From: a candidate division WOR-3 bacterium
GTDB lineage: Bacteria; Hydrothermota; Hydrothermia; JBDRYB01
Assembly (NCBI GenBank): GCA_039803205.1
Contig: JBDRYB010000009.1
Span: 1-63,867, forward strand
Length of the DNA: 63,867 nucleotides
Direction: 5' to 3'
The notes below the pieces were generated by a model, which worked only from the letters and a program-made list of their open reading frames with translations, made no database searches and had not been told where the DNA came from. This document shows positions 10,137 to 19,834 of the stretch, one piece after another. The position numbers and the translations under genes were made by a program. Position 1 is the first letter of the stretch, and each line of letters begins with the position of its first letter.

Positions 10137-11526
10137 TCTTGGACTCATTGTTCCCGAGATGTCCCTTGCTGGGTTTGCGCTCCTGTATCTGGTAATCGGC
10201 CTCGCCCTGAAGCGCTGGCGTTGGCTAGTTGGCATCTTCACCATCATAGGCCTCGTAGGAGAGCTCGCGCTCATCGTTGCTTTCCTCACCGTATCAGGGA
10301 ACGCTTTTGGCGTTCTCACGGTTTCCCCATTTGGCAGGCTACTTGACCTCGTGTTCTTAGCAGCGGCTTTGATAACCCTACTCATCTACCTTGATATCAG
10401 GGAACTCCCTTACGAGGGGGGATTCTTCCTCTTGGCAGGAACCCTCGGCGCCATGCTCCTTCCAAAATCAGTGGACTTCATCATGCTCTTTCTCTCGCTT
10501 GAAACCCTTTCCTTCTCGTTATACGCGCTCGTTGGGCTGAGGGGCACAAGACTGGACGCGGAGGCTGGTATAAAGTATTTTGTCCTGGGGGGTTTCAGCT
10601 CCGCTTTCCTCCTCATGGGGATAGCCCTTCTTTACGCTCTGGCTGGCACATTTTCTTTTTCTGGGGTAATGTCTGCCATCTCAGATCCTGGCTACAATAT
10701 CGGGGTTTTGATCGCGGCTCTGTCATTCATCGGGATAGGGTTCCTCTTCAAGGCATCAGCTGTCCCCTTCCACTTTTGGACTCCGGATGTCTTTGAGGGC
10801 GCAACCGCTCCCGTCGCGAGCTACATAGCCACAGCCTCAAAGGTCGCGGCCTTTGGGCTTCTCCTTAACATATTCAGTTTGGCGTTCGGAGCCAATCCTG
10901 ACCTTTGGTGGGGGTTCCTCTGGTATGTTTCGGTTCTCACCATGTTCGTGGGAAACACAGCCGCACTCCTTGAAAAAAGCGTAAAGAAGATGCTCGCATA
11001 CTCAGCCATAGCACACGCTGGGTATCTTCTCATCCCGGTGATGGCAGGCACGATAAGCTCATTTTCAGTAATCGTGCTCTACGCGCTTGTCTATACCATG
11101 ATGACAGGCGGCGCTTTCGCGATCGTGTCGGTGCTTGGAGATGAGCGGACATCGCTTGACTCATACAAGGGCCTCGCGAAGACCAGGCCCATCCAGGCGT
11201 TTCTTCTTACCCTGTTTCTGCTTTCCCTGGCAGGGGTTCCGCCTCTTGCTGGCTTCGTCGCGAAGTTCTACCTCTTCACGGGTGCTTTTGAGGCTGGGCT
11301 TCTCTCTTTGGCGATAATTGGCCTCATAAACGGGGTCATATCCGCTTACTACTACCTGAGGGTCGTTGTTTATATGTATATGATGGAGCCTGAGGAGGAA
11401 CCAGAGATACCGAAGCTGAGAAAGAGGCTCTGGACAGCTATAGCCATAGCAATAGCCGCGGCTGGAACGGTTTACCTTGGGTTCTTCCCCGGTCCGGCCC
11501 TTGATTTCATAAGGGGTCTGTTTTGA
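10129..11526 (+). CDS. nuoN: NADH-quinone oxidoreductase subunit N
   Basis: EAGIKYF; FKASAVPFHFWTPDVFEGA; SLAGVPPLAGF. Confidence 0.96.
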   Translation: MSDLGLIVPEMSLAGFALLYLVIGLALKRWRWLVGIFTIIGLVGELALIVAFLTVSGNAFGVLTVSPFGRLLDLVFLAAALITLLIYLDIRELPYEGGFFLLAGTLGAMLLPKSVDFIMLFLSLETLSFSLYALVGLRGTRLDAEAGIKYFVLGGFSSAFLLMGIALLYALAGTFSFSGVMSAISDPGYNIGVLIAALSFIGIGFLFKASAVPFHFWTPDVFEGATAPVASYIATASKVAAFGLLLNIFSLAFGANPDLWWGFLWYVSVLTMFVGNTAALLEKSVKKMLAYSAIAHAGYLLIPVMAGTISSFSVIVLYALVYTMMTGGAFAIVSVLGDERTSLDSYKGLAKTRPIQAFLLTLFLLSLAGVPPLAGFVAKFYLFTGAFEAGLLSLAIIGLINGVISAYYYLRVVVYMYMMEPEEEPEIPKLRKRLWTAIAIAIAAAGTVYLGFFPGPALDFIRGLF

Positions 11527-12299
11527 GCGAGGGGTTTAGGGTTCTCGCGGTTGGTGATGTTGTGGGAAGGCCCGGCAGGGAAGCTGTCAGAAAGATCCTC
11601 GTTCCCCTAAAGGAGGAGCTTGGCGCTTCTTTCTGCATCTTGAACGCTGAGAACGCGGCTGGTGGCCTCGGGATAACCAGAAAGCTCGTTGAGGAGATGC
11701 TCTCGTCTGGCGCTGATGTGATAACCACAGGAAACCACATATGGGCGAAAAAGGAAGCGAGGGGATTCGTTGAGGATTACCCGCGCCTCCTGGTCCCGGC
11801 GAACCTCTCCCCGGTTGGTAACCCAGGCCACAGGGTATATGTTCAGGATGGCCTCGCTGTCTTTCAACTCGTGGGAAGGCTCTTCATGAACCCTCTGGTT
11901 GATGACCCTTTTTCTTCGGCTGACCGGGTCCTTGAGAAATGCGACGCGAGAATAATCCTGGTTGATTTTCACGCTGAGGCAACATCCGAAAAGGGCGCTC
12001 TGGCCGCGTATCTTGATGGAAGGGTTTCAGCGGTTTTCGGGACCCACACCCATGTCCAGACATCTGACGAAAGGGTTTTGCCCGGAGGAACGGGCTTCAT
12101 CTCGGACATAGGAATGACAGGAAGCTGGGATGGGATAATAGGGGTCAAGGCAGAGGAGGTTCTTAGGACATTCAGGACAGGCTTCGGCGGAAGGGCAAGG
12201 CCAGCAACCGGAAACCCAGTCCTGGAGGGAGCGGTCTTTGAGATAGACGAGAAGACCGGAAAATGCGTTTCCGTTGAAAGGATAAGGAGGTTTATCTAG
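11523..12299 (+). CDS. ymdB: YmdB-family metallophosphoesterase (2',3'-cNMP phosphodiesterase)
   Basis: GDVVGRPG, NAENAAGG, TGNH, DFHAEATSEK, GTHTHVQT. Confidence 0.93.
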   Translation: MSEGFRVLAVGDVVGRPGREAVRKILVPLKEELGASFCILNAENAAGGLGITRKLVEEMLSSGADVITTGNHIWAKKEARGFVEDYPRLLVPANLSPVGNPGHRVYVQDGLAVFQLVGRLFMNPLVDDPFSSADRVLEKCDARIILVDFHAEATSEKGALAAYLDGRVSAVFGTHTHVQTSDERVLPGGTGFISDIGMTGSWDGIIGVKAEEVLRTFRTGFGGRARPATGNPVLEGAVFEIDEKTGKCVSVERIRRFI

Positions 12300-12326
12300 A
12301 CAGAGCGATTACCTTATACTTTCTTT

Positions 12327-15185
12327 ATGGCTAGGATAACGGAAGATACTTTAAATGATGCGCTCACTAAATTCTTTAGAGACCACGGATTCGAGGTTCT
12401 TCCGCAGCCAACAACCATTGAGGGCAGAAAGCCTGATCACCTAATAGAATATCAGGGAACAAAAATAATCTCTGAGACTGAGGTAGGCGATCTCTGGGGC
12501 AAAATGGGCAAGTTGTCCGAGGCCATGAAACAGCTGGCAAGATACAATGACACTTTAGGTTGGAATAACCTCTTAGCCATAATATTCCCTCCCAGCATAA
12601 GACAGGATATATTTGTAACCCAGGCCGAAGAGTTCATAGAGCAAATACTGGATTATGCTGAGATAAAGGCGTTTTACCAGATCCAATATAAGGAAACCAA
12701 TGTCTTTGAGGGTAAACTCACTGATCTACTCAACCTTCTCAAGGAGATAATTGGGAGAACATATCCGGAAGCTGATGTTGACCTTGAGACCATAGTAAAG
12801 GCCTTCTCGACAGCCATAGGCGAGCTCAGCATGATCATGCGAAACAAGAATCTCGGCAGATACCTCGCGGCCAGCTCAGTGGGAAGGTTTGAGCTGTTCA
12901 CATCTCTCCTAGAGCTCAAAAGAGGCGAGCGGGAATACCAGGCCGCTATTCTTGACCTCTCATCCTATATATTGATGAACCAAATAGTCTTCTACAAGAT
13001 ATTCTCTGAAAAAACAGGCATGGTCAAACCACTAAGAGAGCTGAGCCCTTACTTTTCTCTGAGAGAGCTTGCCGCTTTCTTGAAGGGTATAGGCAATATT
13101 AACTACAAGGCCATATATCAGACTGATGTGCTCTCTGTTCTGCCGGATGAACCTGAAATCCGAGCGGCCGTAAAGCTCATGGTTGATATGGCAAAAAACC
13201 TCCAGGTGGAATGGGTGAGGCATGACCTTCTTGGAAGGCTTTTTCACGATCTCCTGCCACACGACACCCGGAAGCTTCTTGCCGCATATTACACGAGGCC
13301 GCAGAGCGCTGAGCTCCTTGCCGCTTTAACAATAGACAGATGGGATGAAAGAGTAATCGATCCAGCATGCGGATCAGGAACTCTTTTGGTATCAGCATAC
13401 AGAAGAAAGAAAACTCTTGCCCCAAAAACTATTCACGAGGATGACATCCACAAGAGATTCATCGCTGAAGAGATCTACGGAATAGACATAATGCCATTTG
13501 CGGCTCACCTTACCGCTTTGAACCTTGCGAGCCAAAACATTGACATGGTAACGGATGAGACCATGACCGGCGTAGCTGACAGCCTTTTTGATATAAAGGG
13601 TGGATATGTCCGGTTGTCTGCTACTAAGATGGGGGAGCTCTTCAACTACAGCATAGAGAAGAGGACTCCTAACAAGAAGGGGGATATGGAGGTAAGGTTA
13701 TATGATTTTGACACGGTGATAATGAATCCTCCTTTCACGAAAAAGGAAAGGATACCAGCCGGCTATCGCTCCAAGATAGCAAAGGAATGGAAGGATTGGG
13801 GGCTTGAGGTTGGGCTTTGGGGACCATTTCTCGGGGTCGCGAGATTGTTGGCACGGGAACAAGGAGGCAAGATAGGGGCCGTTATCCCTATTGCCTTTCT
13901 CAGAGGCAGGGAGTCCGCGAGAGTCAGAAATAACCTGATCGGTGAGGCCAGCAACCTGAGGATAAGATACATAGTTAAGCCGGTGGGTAATTTTGCATTC
14001 TCTGAGAGCTCTGCTTACAGGGATATTCTCCTCGTGCTGGAAAACAACTCGGAAAAAACTCACACGGGCATCGTGTTCATAACCGCAAACCTGAGGGATA
14101 TCACCGTTGAGGATGCGGAAAGGCTCGGAAAAAAGATAAGGGCAATACCAGAAGGAACAGAGCACGAGGAAAGGGGTTTTGCAATATACTGGGTCAACCA
14201 CGAGGAGCTTTTTGGTCTGCGAGAAAACCTCATGCCTCTCGTCAGCGTGGTAAAGGGATATAACAGAAAATTGTTCAGAGATGTGATACGCAAAATAAAC
14301 GCCAGCCCTTTGACTGAACCCTTCGGGGAGGACGAATTCCTTGAGGGCTATCCGCCCAGGCCCAAAGGCATATCAAGGTTCATCTTCATAACGAGACCCC
14401 TTGACGAGAGCAGGTTAAAGCAGGCTGGACTCATACTCAGAAAGGAAACCGCCAGCAATGTGGAGGCTGAGTTAAAAACCACGGGCAAGATCCTAAGTTT
14501 TCCGAAGGGCGCGCTCCTGCCCTCTCTCAGGACGATAACCGGCGTGAGAAGGATTGACATCTCGGAACTCCACGATTATCTCGTTATCAAGGATTGCGCT
14601 CAGGTCAGGGAGGCCGCGCGCTTCTCTGGATTTTCCGGAGAGATACCCTGGGGCAAGATAAGGCAGGAGGCTCGCGCCGCGAAAACGAGCGCAGTGATAG
14701 TTCGCAGAATGAGGTGGGATTCCCCATCAAATTCTCTAGTAGCCGCTTTATCCCAGGACGAATTCTATCCCTCCAACAACCTTGAGGTTCTTCGCCACAC
14801 GGGCGATAGGGCTAAAATGAGCGTATTGTTCCTTAACTCCGTGTTTTTTATGCTCCAGCTCTATTACATTGGCGAGGCGACAACGGAAAACTTCATAGAT
14901 ATTCGTATTCACGACTTCCTCCTCATCAAGAGGCCTATCTGGTCAAAGCTCCCGAAAAAAGCGAAGGAGAGATTGTTGGAGCTCTGGGAAGAGGTCAAGG
15001 ATTACGAGTTCCCCTGCATTTTGGATCAGTTGAAGGACAGGGATACCGCCAGACTAAAGATAGACGAGGCTTTTGCCGAAATCCTCGGACTGAAAGTCAA
15101 GCTTGAAAACCTTTATGACGCACTGGTCGAGGAGATTGAGCTTAACCGAGCTTTCAGAAAAGAGGAAGGCAAACCAGATGCGTGA
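12327..15185 (+). CDS. Fused restriction-modification enzyme, Type IIG-like (nuclease + N6-adenine MTase + TRD)
   Basis: N-terminal PD...E-x-E and QxxxY (QLARY); YYTRP; DPACGSG (motif I); NPPF (motif IV); long C-terminal putative TRD. Confidence 0.8.
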   Translation: MARITEDTLNDALTKFFRDHGFEVLPQPTTIEGRKPDHLIEYQGTKIISETEVGDLWGKMGKLSEAMKQLARYNDTLGWNNLLAIIFPPSIRQDIFVTQAEEFIEQILDYAEIKAFYQIQYKETNVFEGKLTDLLNLLKEIIGRTYPEADVDLETIVKAFSTAIGELSMIMRNKNLGRYLAASSVGRFELFTSLLELKRGEREYQAAILDLSSYILMNQIVFYKIFSEKTGMVKPLRELSPYFSLRELAAFLKGIGNINYKAIYQTDVLSVLPDEPEIRAAVKLMVDMAKNLQVEWVRHDLLGRLFHDLLPHDTRKLLAAYYTRPQSAELLAALTIDRWDERVIDPACGSGTLLVSAYRRKKTLAPKTIHEDDIHKRFIAEEIYGIDIMPFAAHLTALNLASQNIDMVTDETMTGVADSLFDIKGGYVRLSATKMGELFNYSIEKRTPNKKGDMEVRLYDFDTVIMNPPFTKKERIPAGYRSKIAKEWKDWGLEVGLWGPFLGVARLLAREQGGKIGAVIPIAFLRGRESARVRNNLIGEASNLRIRYIVKPVGNFAFSESSAYRDILLVLENNSEKTHTGIVFITANLRDITVEDAERLGKKIRAIPEGTEHEERGFAIYWVNHEELFGLRENLMPLVSVVKGYNRKLFRDVIRKINASPLTEPFGEDEFLEGYPPRPKGISRFIFITRPLDESRLKQAGLILRKETASNVEAELKTTGKILSFPKGALLPSLRTITGVRRIDISELHDYLVIKDCAQVREAARFSGFSGEIPWGKIRQEARAAKTSAVIVRRMRWDSPSNSLVAALSQDEFYPSNNLEVLRHTGDRAKMSVLFLNSVFFMLQLYYIGEATTENFIDIRIHDFLLIKRPIWSKLPKKAKERLLELWEEVKDYEFPCILDQLKDRDTARLKIDEAFAEILGLKVKLENLYDALVEEIELNRAFRKEEGKPDA

Positions 15186-15795
15186 AATACCATACGATCA
15201 ACTAGTAAATGTGATAGCCGAAATGTGCCCTGAGGCCTGTATGACACTTGACGATGAGATGAAAGGGGTGCTACAGAGGGCGATAGAACAAGAAGAATCT
15301 CCCCTGGGCAAGAGAATACTGGGGAGGTTCATTGAGAACCTTGGGCTGGCCGAAAGGGAGGGATTGCCATTCTGCGAGGACACGGGCCAGGCAGTCCTGT
15401 TCGTTGATCTTGGAGAGGAAGTCAGGGTTTCGGGCGGGGGACTTACAGCCGCGATAAACGATGGGGCGACAATAGCCCAGGCCGGGGGCAACCCTTGCCC
15501 CCCAACCATAGTTGGCATAGGAATAGGCGGGGACTTTGAGCTAGCGGCCCTGAACGCGAAGCGCGCGTTTGCGTTCCGAAAGATGGGGCAGAGGAATCCG
15601 GACCCATTCTGGGCCGAAAAAGAGCTGGAGATACTTGAAGAGGCCAATAAGCTCGGCATAGGGCCGCAGGGCCTGGGGGGCACCGTAACGGTTCTCGATG
15701 TGTTTATTGAAGTTTCTCCCTACCACATAGCCTCACTGCCCCTGGCAATAAACTTTCAATGCCCGGCAAACAGAAGGGCTTTTAGGGAGGTTTGA
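15178..15795 (+). pseudogene. Internally deleted paralog of class I fumarate hydratase alpha subunit (ORF still open, 205 aa)
   Basis: Aligns to 15826..16668 but is 75 aa shorter; the segment between AAINDG and IAQxGGNPCPP, including KGGGSEN, is missing. Confidence 0.75.
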
Positions 15796-15825
15796 GCTTT
15801 ATGAGAAACCCAAAAGGAGGTTCTC

Positions 15826-16668
15826 ATGCGTGAGATAAAATACGAGGATGTCGTCAACACGGTGGCCGATATGTGCATAGAGGCCTGCGTGTATCTTAAG
15901 GACGACATGAAGGAGGTCCTGAAGAAGGCTTACGAGAAGGAGGAATCCGAGACAGGCAAGAAGATCATGGGCCAGATCCTCAAGAACCTTGAGGTTGCCG
16001 AGAAAGAGAGGATGCCCATCTGCCAGGATACGGGACTCGCTGTGTTCTTCGTTGATGTCGGAGAGGATGTGAAGGTCACAGGCGAGGGGCTAACCGCGGC
16101 CATAAACGATGGGGTTCGCAAGGGCTACAAGGAGGGCTATCTTAGGAAATCCGCGTGCGATCCCATAACCAGAAAGAACACGGGGGACAATACCCCGGCC
16201 ATAATACACTACAGCCTGGTGCCCGGAGACAAGATAAAGCTCGCGCTCGCGCCAAAGGGCGGGGGCTCGGAGAACATGAGCACGGTAAAGATGTTCCCAC
16301 CATCCGCTGGCTGGGAGGGAATGAAGAAGTTCGCTATAGAGTGGATAGCCCAATCCGGAGGCAACCCCTGCCCCCCAACCGTCATAGGCATAGGCGTCGG
16401 AGGGAACTTTGAGCTCTCAGCCATAAACGCCAAGCGCGCCATAGTCTTCCGAAAGATAGGCCAGCGCCATCCTGATCCGTTTTGGGCAGAGAAGGAGCTT
16501 GAGATACTTGAGGAGGCGAACAAGCTGGGAATAGGGCCGATGGGCCTCGGTGGCACAGTGACCGTCCTTGATGTCTTCATTGAGGTCGCGCCTTGCCACA
16601 TCGCGTCCCTGCCCTTCGCTATAAACACCCAGTGCCACGCCAACAGGCACGCGTTCCGTGAGATATAG
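15826..16668 (+). CDS. Class I Fe-S fumarate hydratase/tartrate dehydratase, alpha subunit
   Basis: PICQDTG, KGGGSEN, NPCPP, CHIAS, QCHANR; AGGAGG RBS. Confidence 0.95.
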   Translation: MREIKYEDVVNTVADMCIEACVYLKDDMKEVLKKAYEKEESETGKKIMGQILKNLEVAEKERMPICQDTGLAVFFVDVGEDVKVTGEGLTAAINDGVRKGYKEGYLRKSACDPITRKNTGDNTPAIIHYSLVPGDKIKLALAPKGGGSENMSTVKMFPPSAGWEGMKKFAIEWIAQSGGNPCPPTVIGIGVGGNFELSAINAKRAIVFRKIGQRHPDPFWAEKELEILEEANKLGIGPMGLGGTVTVLDVFIEVAPCHIASLPFAINTQCHANRHAFREI

Positions 16669-16678
16669 GAGGTGTAAG

Positions 16679-17227
16679 ATGGCAAAGAAGATAACAACAC
16701 CTCTCAGCGACGATGTGATAATGTCCCTTGAGATAGGGGACGAGGTTGAGCTCACGGGCGTTATATACACTGCCCGCGACTCAGCGCACAAGCGCATGGT
16801 GGAGATGCTGGATAGGGGAGAGCCCCTTCCAATAGACCTGAAGGGTCAGGCAATATACTATGCTGGCCCTGCTCCTGCGCCACCCGGAAAGCCCATAGGC
16901 TCTGTTGGGCCAACAACATCAAGCAGGATGGATGCCTACGCTCCGAGGCTGTATGACCTTGGCCTCAAGGCCACAATCGGCAAGGGCCCAAGGGCAAAGC
17001 CCGTTATAGACGCGATGGTCAGGAACAAGGCCATATATCTCACTGCCATAGGCGGAGTTGCCGCCCTTCCAGCTCTCAGGGTGAAAGAGGCAAAGGTCGT
17101 GGCCTTTGAGGATATGGGGCCTGAGGCGATAACCATGCTGGTTGTGGAGGATTTCCCCCTCATCGTTTCCATAGACGCCTACGGCAGGGACCTCCATGTT
17201 GAGGGGCCAGCGAAGTGGAGGAAATAG
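16679..17227 (+). CDS. Class I Fe-S fumarate hydratase/tartrate dehydratase, beta subunit
   Basis: TARDSAHKR, GPTTSSRMD, IGKG; ATG at 16679 after AGGAGG. Confidence 0.95.
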   Translation: MAKKITTPLSDDVIMSLEIGDEVELTGVIYTARDSAHKRMVEMLDRGEPLPIDLKGQAIYYAGPAPAPPGKPIGSVGPTTSSRMDAYAPRLYDLGLKATIGKGPRAKPVIDAMVRNKAIYLTAIGGVAALPALRVKEAKVVAFEDMGPEAITMLVVEDFPLIVSIDAYGRDLHVEGPAKWRK

Positions 17228-17284
17228 GAGAGATAGAGAGTTAATCAGAGGCCAGCCCTGGGTTCTTAGCGCCCGCGCGAGAGC

Positions 17285-18520
17285 TTAGCGGCAAATTACC
17301 ACCTTTTTGGCGCATTTTATCTTACCTTTCCAGTCCCTAAGGATTATCACATAGGTTCCTGGGCTAAGCCCGGAGAGCTCCCCTGCCCTCGGCAAGTCCT
17401 TGATCTTTCGGGATGGGGATTCCGGATCTTCTACATCGTAGGCCGTTAGGGTATCAATTAAGTTTTGCCTTGATGCTATGAAAAAGAGGGTTGTTCCTGA
17501 TATCGCTAGATCAACGAATTCCCCGAAGGATCCGATTTGATATAGGCTCTGGATGTCGGATGGATTGGTTACATCAAGGATGTAAAGACCTCCGTATGCC
17601 GCGGCCATGTAGACCAGCTTCCTTGGGCCTTCTGATACGGCCAGTAGGCTTTTGGCCCTTCCTTCAAAAGAGCTAGGGCACCAATGGCCTATCGTGTCCA
17701 GCTTCTCCGGAATGCTGGTTGAGAACACATAAAGCCCCTCTTCATCCAAAGCCATGTAAAGGGTATCGCCGAGGAACGCGGAACCCCTGGTTGGGGAACC
17801 GAGGTCCAGCCTGGCTATCTCTTTGGGGCTCTCCGGATCAGACACATCAGCTATCACTAGGCCGAGGTTTGTCCAAGCTATGTAGGCTATCCCATCCCTC
17901 ACTACCACATCCATGCAATCGTCTCCCCGAGACAGGGATAACCTGCTCACAACATCAAGATTAGCATCCAATATGGTAAGCCCGCTCAGCCCATCAGCGA
18001 GAAAGATGTGGTTTCCCCACGAATAAGCGTCCCAGGTGCAGCTTAAATCCAAGGGCCTAGCGAATGTGTCAATCACCTGCATGTTACTCGGGTCAGAAAC
18101 GGAGACCCTCGCTAGGCCTGCCATATTGGAAACCAGGAGGGTGTCCCCGAAGAGCCTGAGCCCGGTCATGGAGGTGATTCCGGGGATAAAAAGTGTATCA
18201 ACCCCAAAAGGATTATCGGGGTTCTTGATGTTCACGGATACCAATGTGGTTCCGAGGGCTATCACCGCAACGGTATCAGAGACTAGCTCGCAGGAATAAG
18301 GGTTTGTCATGCCATCAAGGTAAAATGTTCCTCTCTCTACTGGGTTTTGGGGATCAGAGACATCAACAGCGCAGAGGGTTCCTCCTGTCGCAACATAGAG
18401 GATGTTTCCATCCAAGAGGAGGCCCCAAGAAGGCCCCAAAAGCTCCCTCGCGAGAAGTTTCAGGGTATCTGCTGGCTGGGCGACCAAAGCCCACAATAAT
18501 ACGATTCCACAGGGATCCAT
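17285..18520 (-). CDS. Secreted LVIVD-repeat beta-propeller protein with partial CTD
   Basis: Repeats AVDVSDP, IADVSDP, ILDVTNP; tail LSPGTYVI...KKVVI. Confidence 0.8.
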   Translation of the reverse strand: MDPCGIVLLWALVAQPADTLKLLARELLGPSWGLLLDGNILYVATGGTLCAVDVSDPQNPVERGTFYLDGMTNPYSCELVSDTVAVIALGTTLVSVNIKNPDNPFGVDTLFIPGITSMTGLRLFGDTLLVSNMAGLARVSVSDPSNMQVIDTFARPLDLSCTWDAYSWGNHIFLADGLSGLTILDANLDVVSRLSLSRGDDCMDVVVRDGIAYIAWTNLGLVIADVSDPESPKEIARLDLGSPTRGSAFLGDTLYMALDEEGLYVFSTSIPEKLDTIGHWCPSSFEGRAKSLLAVSEGPRKLVYMAAAYGGLYILDVTNPSDIQSLYQIGSFGEFVDLAISGTTLFFIASRQNLIDTLTAYDVEDPESPSRKIKDLPRAGELSGLSPGTYVIILRDWKGKIKCAKKVVICR

Positions 18521-18638
18521 ATCCTTGAAACCTCCAATGAAATACCCCTTTGCCCCCTATTCCCTCTTCGGTGATCGCATTTCTGGAGCCAAGCGATAAC
18601 TGGAAACCTGAGAGCGGAAACTAATATAATTTTCGCCT

Positions 18639-19775
18639 ATGAAGCTCATAGAATACCAAGCAAAAGAGGTTTTCATGAAATACGGCCTGCCCGTCCAGAA
18701 AGGCTTCGTTGCCAGGAGCGTTGACGAGGTCAGGACAGGTCTCTCGGCGCTTGAATTCCCCGTCGTCATAAAAGCCCAGGTTCCCGTTGGTGGAAGGGGA
18801 AAGGCTGGCGGCATAAAGCTCGCGAGGGACGCCGCTGATGCTCTTGAGAAGGCTACATCTATCCTCGGTATGGAGATAAAGGGCATAAGGGTAAAAAAGG
18901 TTCTGGTCACAGAGGCGGTTGACATAGGAAAGGAGATATATCTAGGAATAGTCCAAGACAGGCGAGCGAGGGCGCCTGTGGTCATGGTTTCAGCCGAGGG
19001 CGGAATTGATATTGAGGAGGTCGCGAGGACAAAGCCGGAGGCCATCCACAAGCTTACCCTTGACCCTGTCTGGGGTCTTCAGGCTTTTCAAGCGAGAGAG
19101 CTTGGATACAAGCTCGATCCTGACCCTCAGAGGGCAAAGCACCTCTCGCAGACCCTCCTGGCGCTCTGGAGGATATACAGGGATACGGATGCCACCCTTG
19201 CCGAGATAAATCCGTTTGTTTTCACGAAACAGGGTGAACCTTCGTGCGTTGACGCGAAGATACTCGTTGATGACAGCGCGCTGTTTCGCCATCCTGACAT
19301 AGAGGCCATGCGGGACATGGACTACGAGAACCCACAGGAACAAGAAGCCAAGGCTTCGGATCTTTCCTTTGTGAAACTTGATGGCAAAATAGGCTGTTGC
19401 GTGAACGGGGCTGGGCTTGCTATGGCGACCATGGATCTGATAAAGCATTTCGGCGGAGAACCAGCTAACTTCCTTGATGTAGGAGGCTCATCAAGCCCAG
19501 AGAAGGTCAAAAAGGCCTTCTCCATAATTCTGGCAGACCCGAATGTGCGTTCCATATACCTAAATATCTTCGGCGGCATAACCCGTTGCGATGACATAGC
19601 CCAAGGACTAATTGAGGTCTTTAAGGAGATGGAGATAAGGGTTCCCGTCGTGGCCCGGCTGACGGGGACGAACGAGGAAAGGGCGAGGCAGATGCTCGCC
19701 GAGAGCAAACTTCCCCTAATTCCAGCGTCTACCATGTCAGAGGGAGCCAGAAAGGCGGTGGAGCTGGCCGGTTAG
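18639..19775 (+). CDS. sucC: Succinyl-CoA synthetase beta subunit
   Basis: EYQAK, KAQVPVGGRGKAGG, EINP, NGAGLAMATMD, NIFGGITRCD. Confidence 0.96.
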   Translation: MKLIEYQAKEVFMKYGLPVQKGFVARSVDEVRTGLSALEFPVVIKAQVPVGGRGKAGGIKLARDAADALEKATSILGMEIKGIRVKKVLVTEAVDIGKEIYLGIVQDRRARAPVVMVSAEGGIDIEEVARTKPEAIHKLTLDPVWGLQAFQARELGYKLDPDPQRAKHLSQTLLALWRIYRDTDATLAEINPFVFTKQGEPSCVDAKILVDDSALFRHPDIEAMRDMDYENPQEQEAKASDLSFVKLDGKIGCCVNGAGLAMATMDLIKHFGGEPANFLDVGGSSSPEKVKKAFSIILADPNVRSIYLNIFGGITRCDDIAQGLIEVFKEMEIRVPVVARLTGTNEERARQMLAESKLPLIPASTMSEGARKAVELAG

Positions 19776-19834
19776 GCGCCAGTTACCCTTACCTGAGGTG
19801 CGAAGATCGGAGTCAATCCATTACAATTATAGGC

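Noticed and set aside
15103..15177. N-terminal extensions in the ORF track (also at 176, 40988, 43077, 59372, 62863)
   Set aside because: Homology, RBS or -10 position place the starts downstream
15472..16668. Near-duplicate segments as a DGR template/variable repeat pair
   Set aside because: Differences are not adenine-specific, no reverse transcriptase is present, and gene duplication explains it
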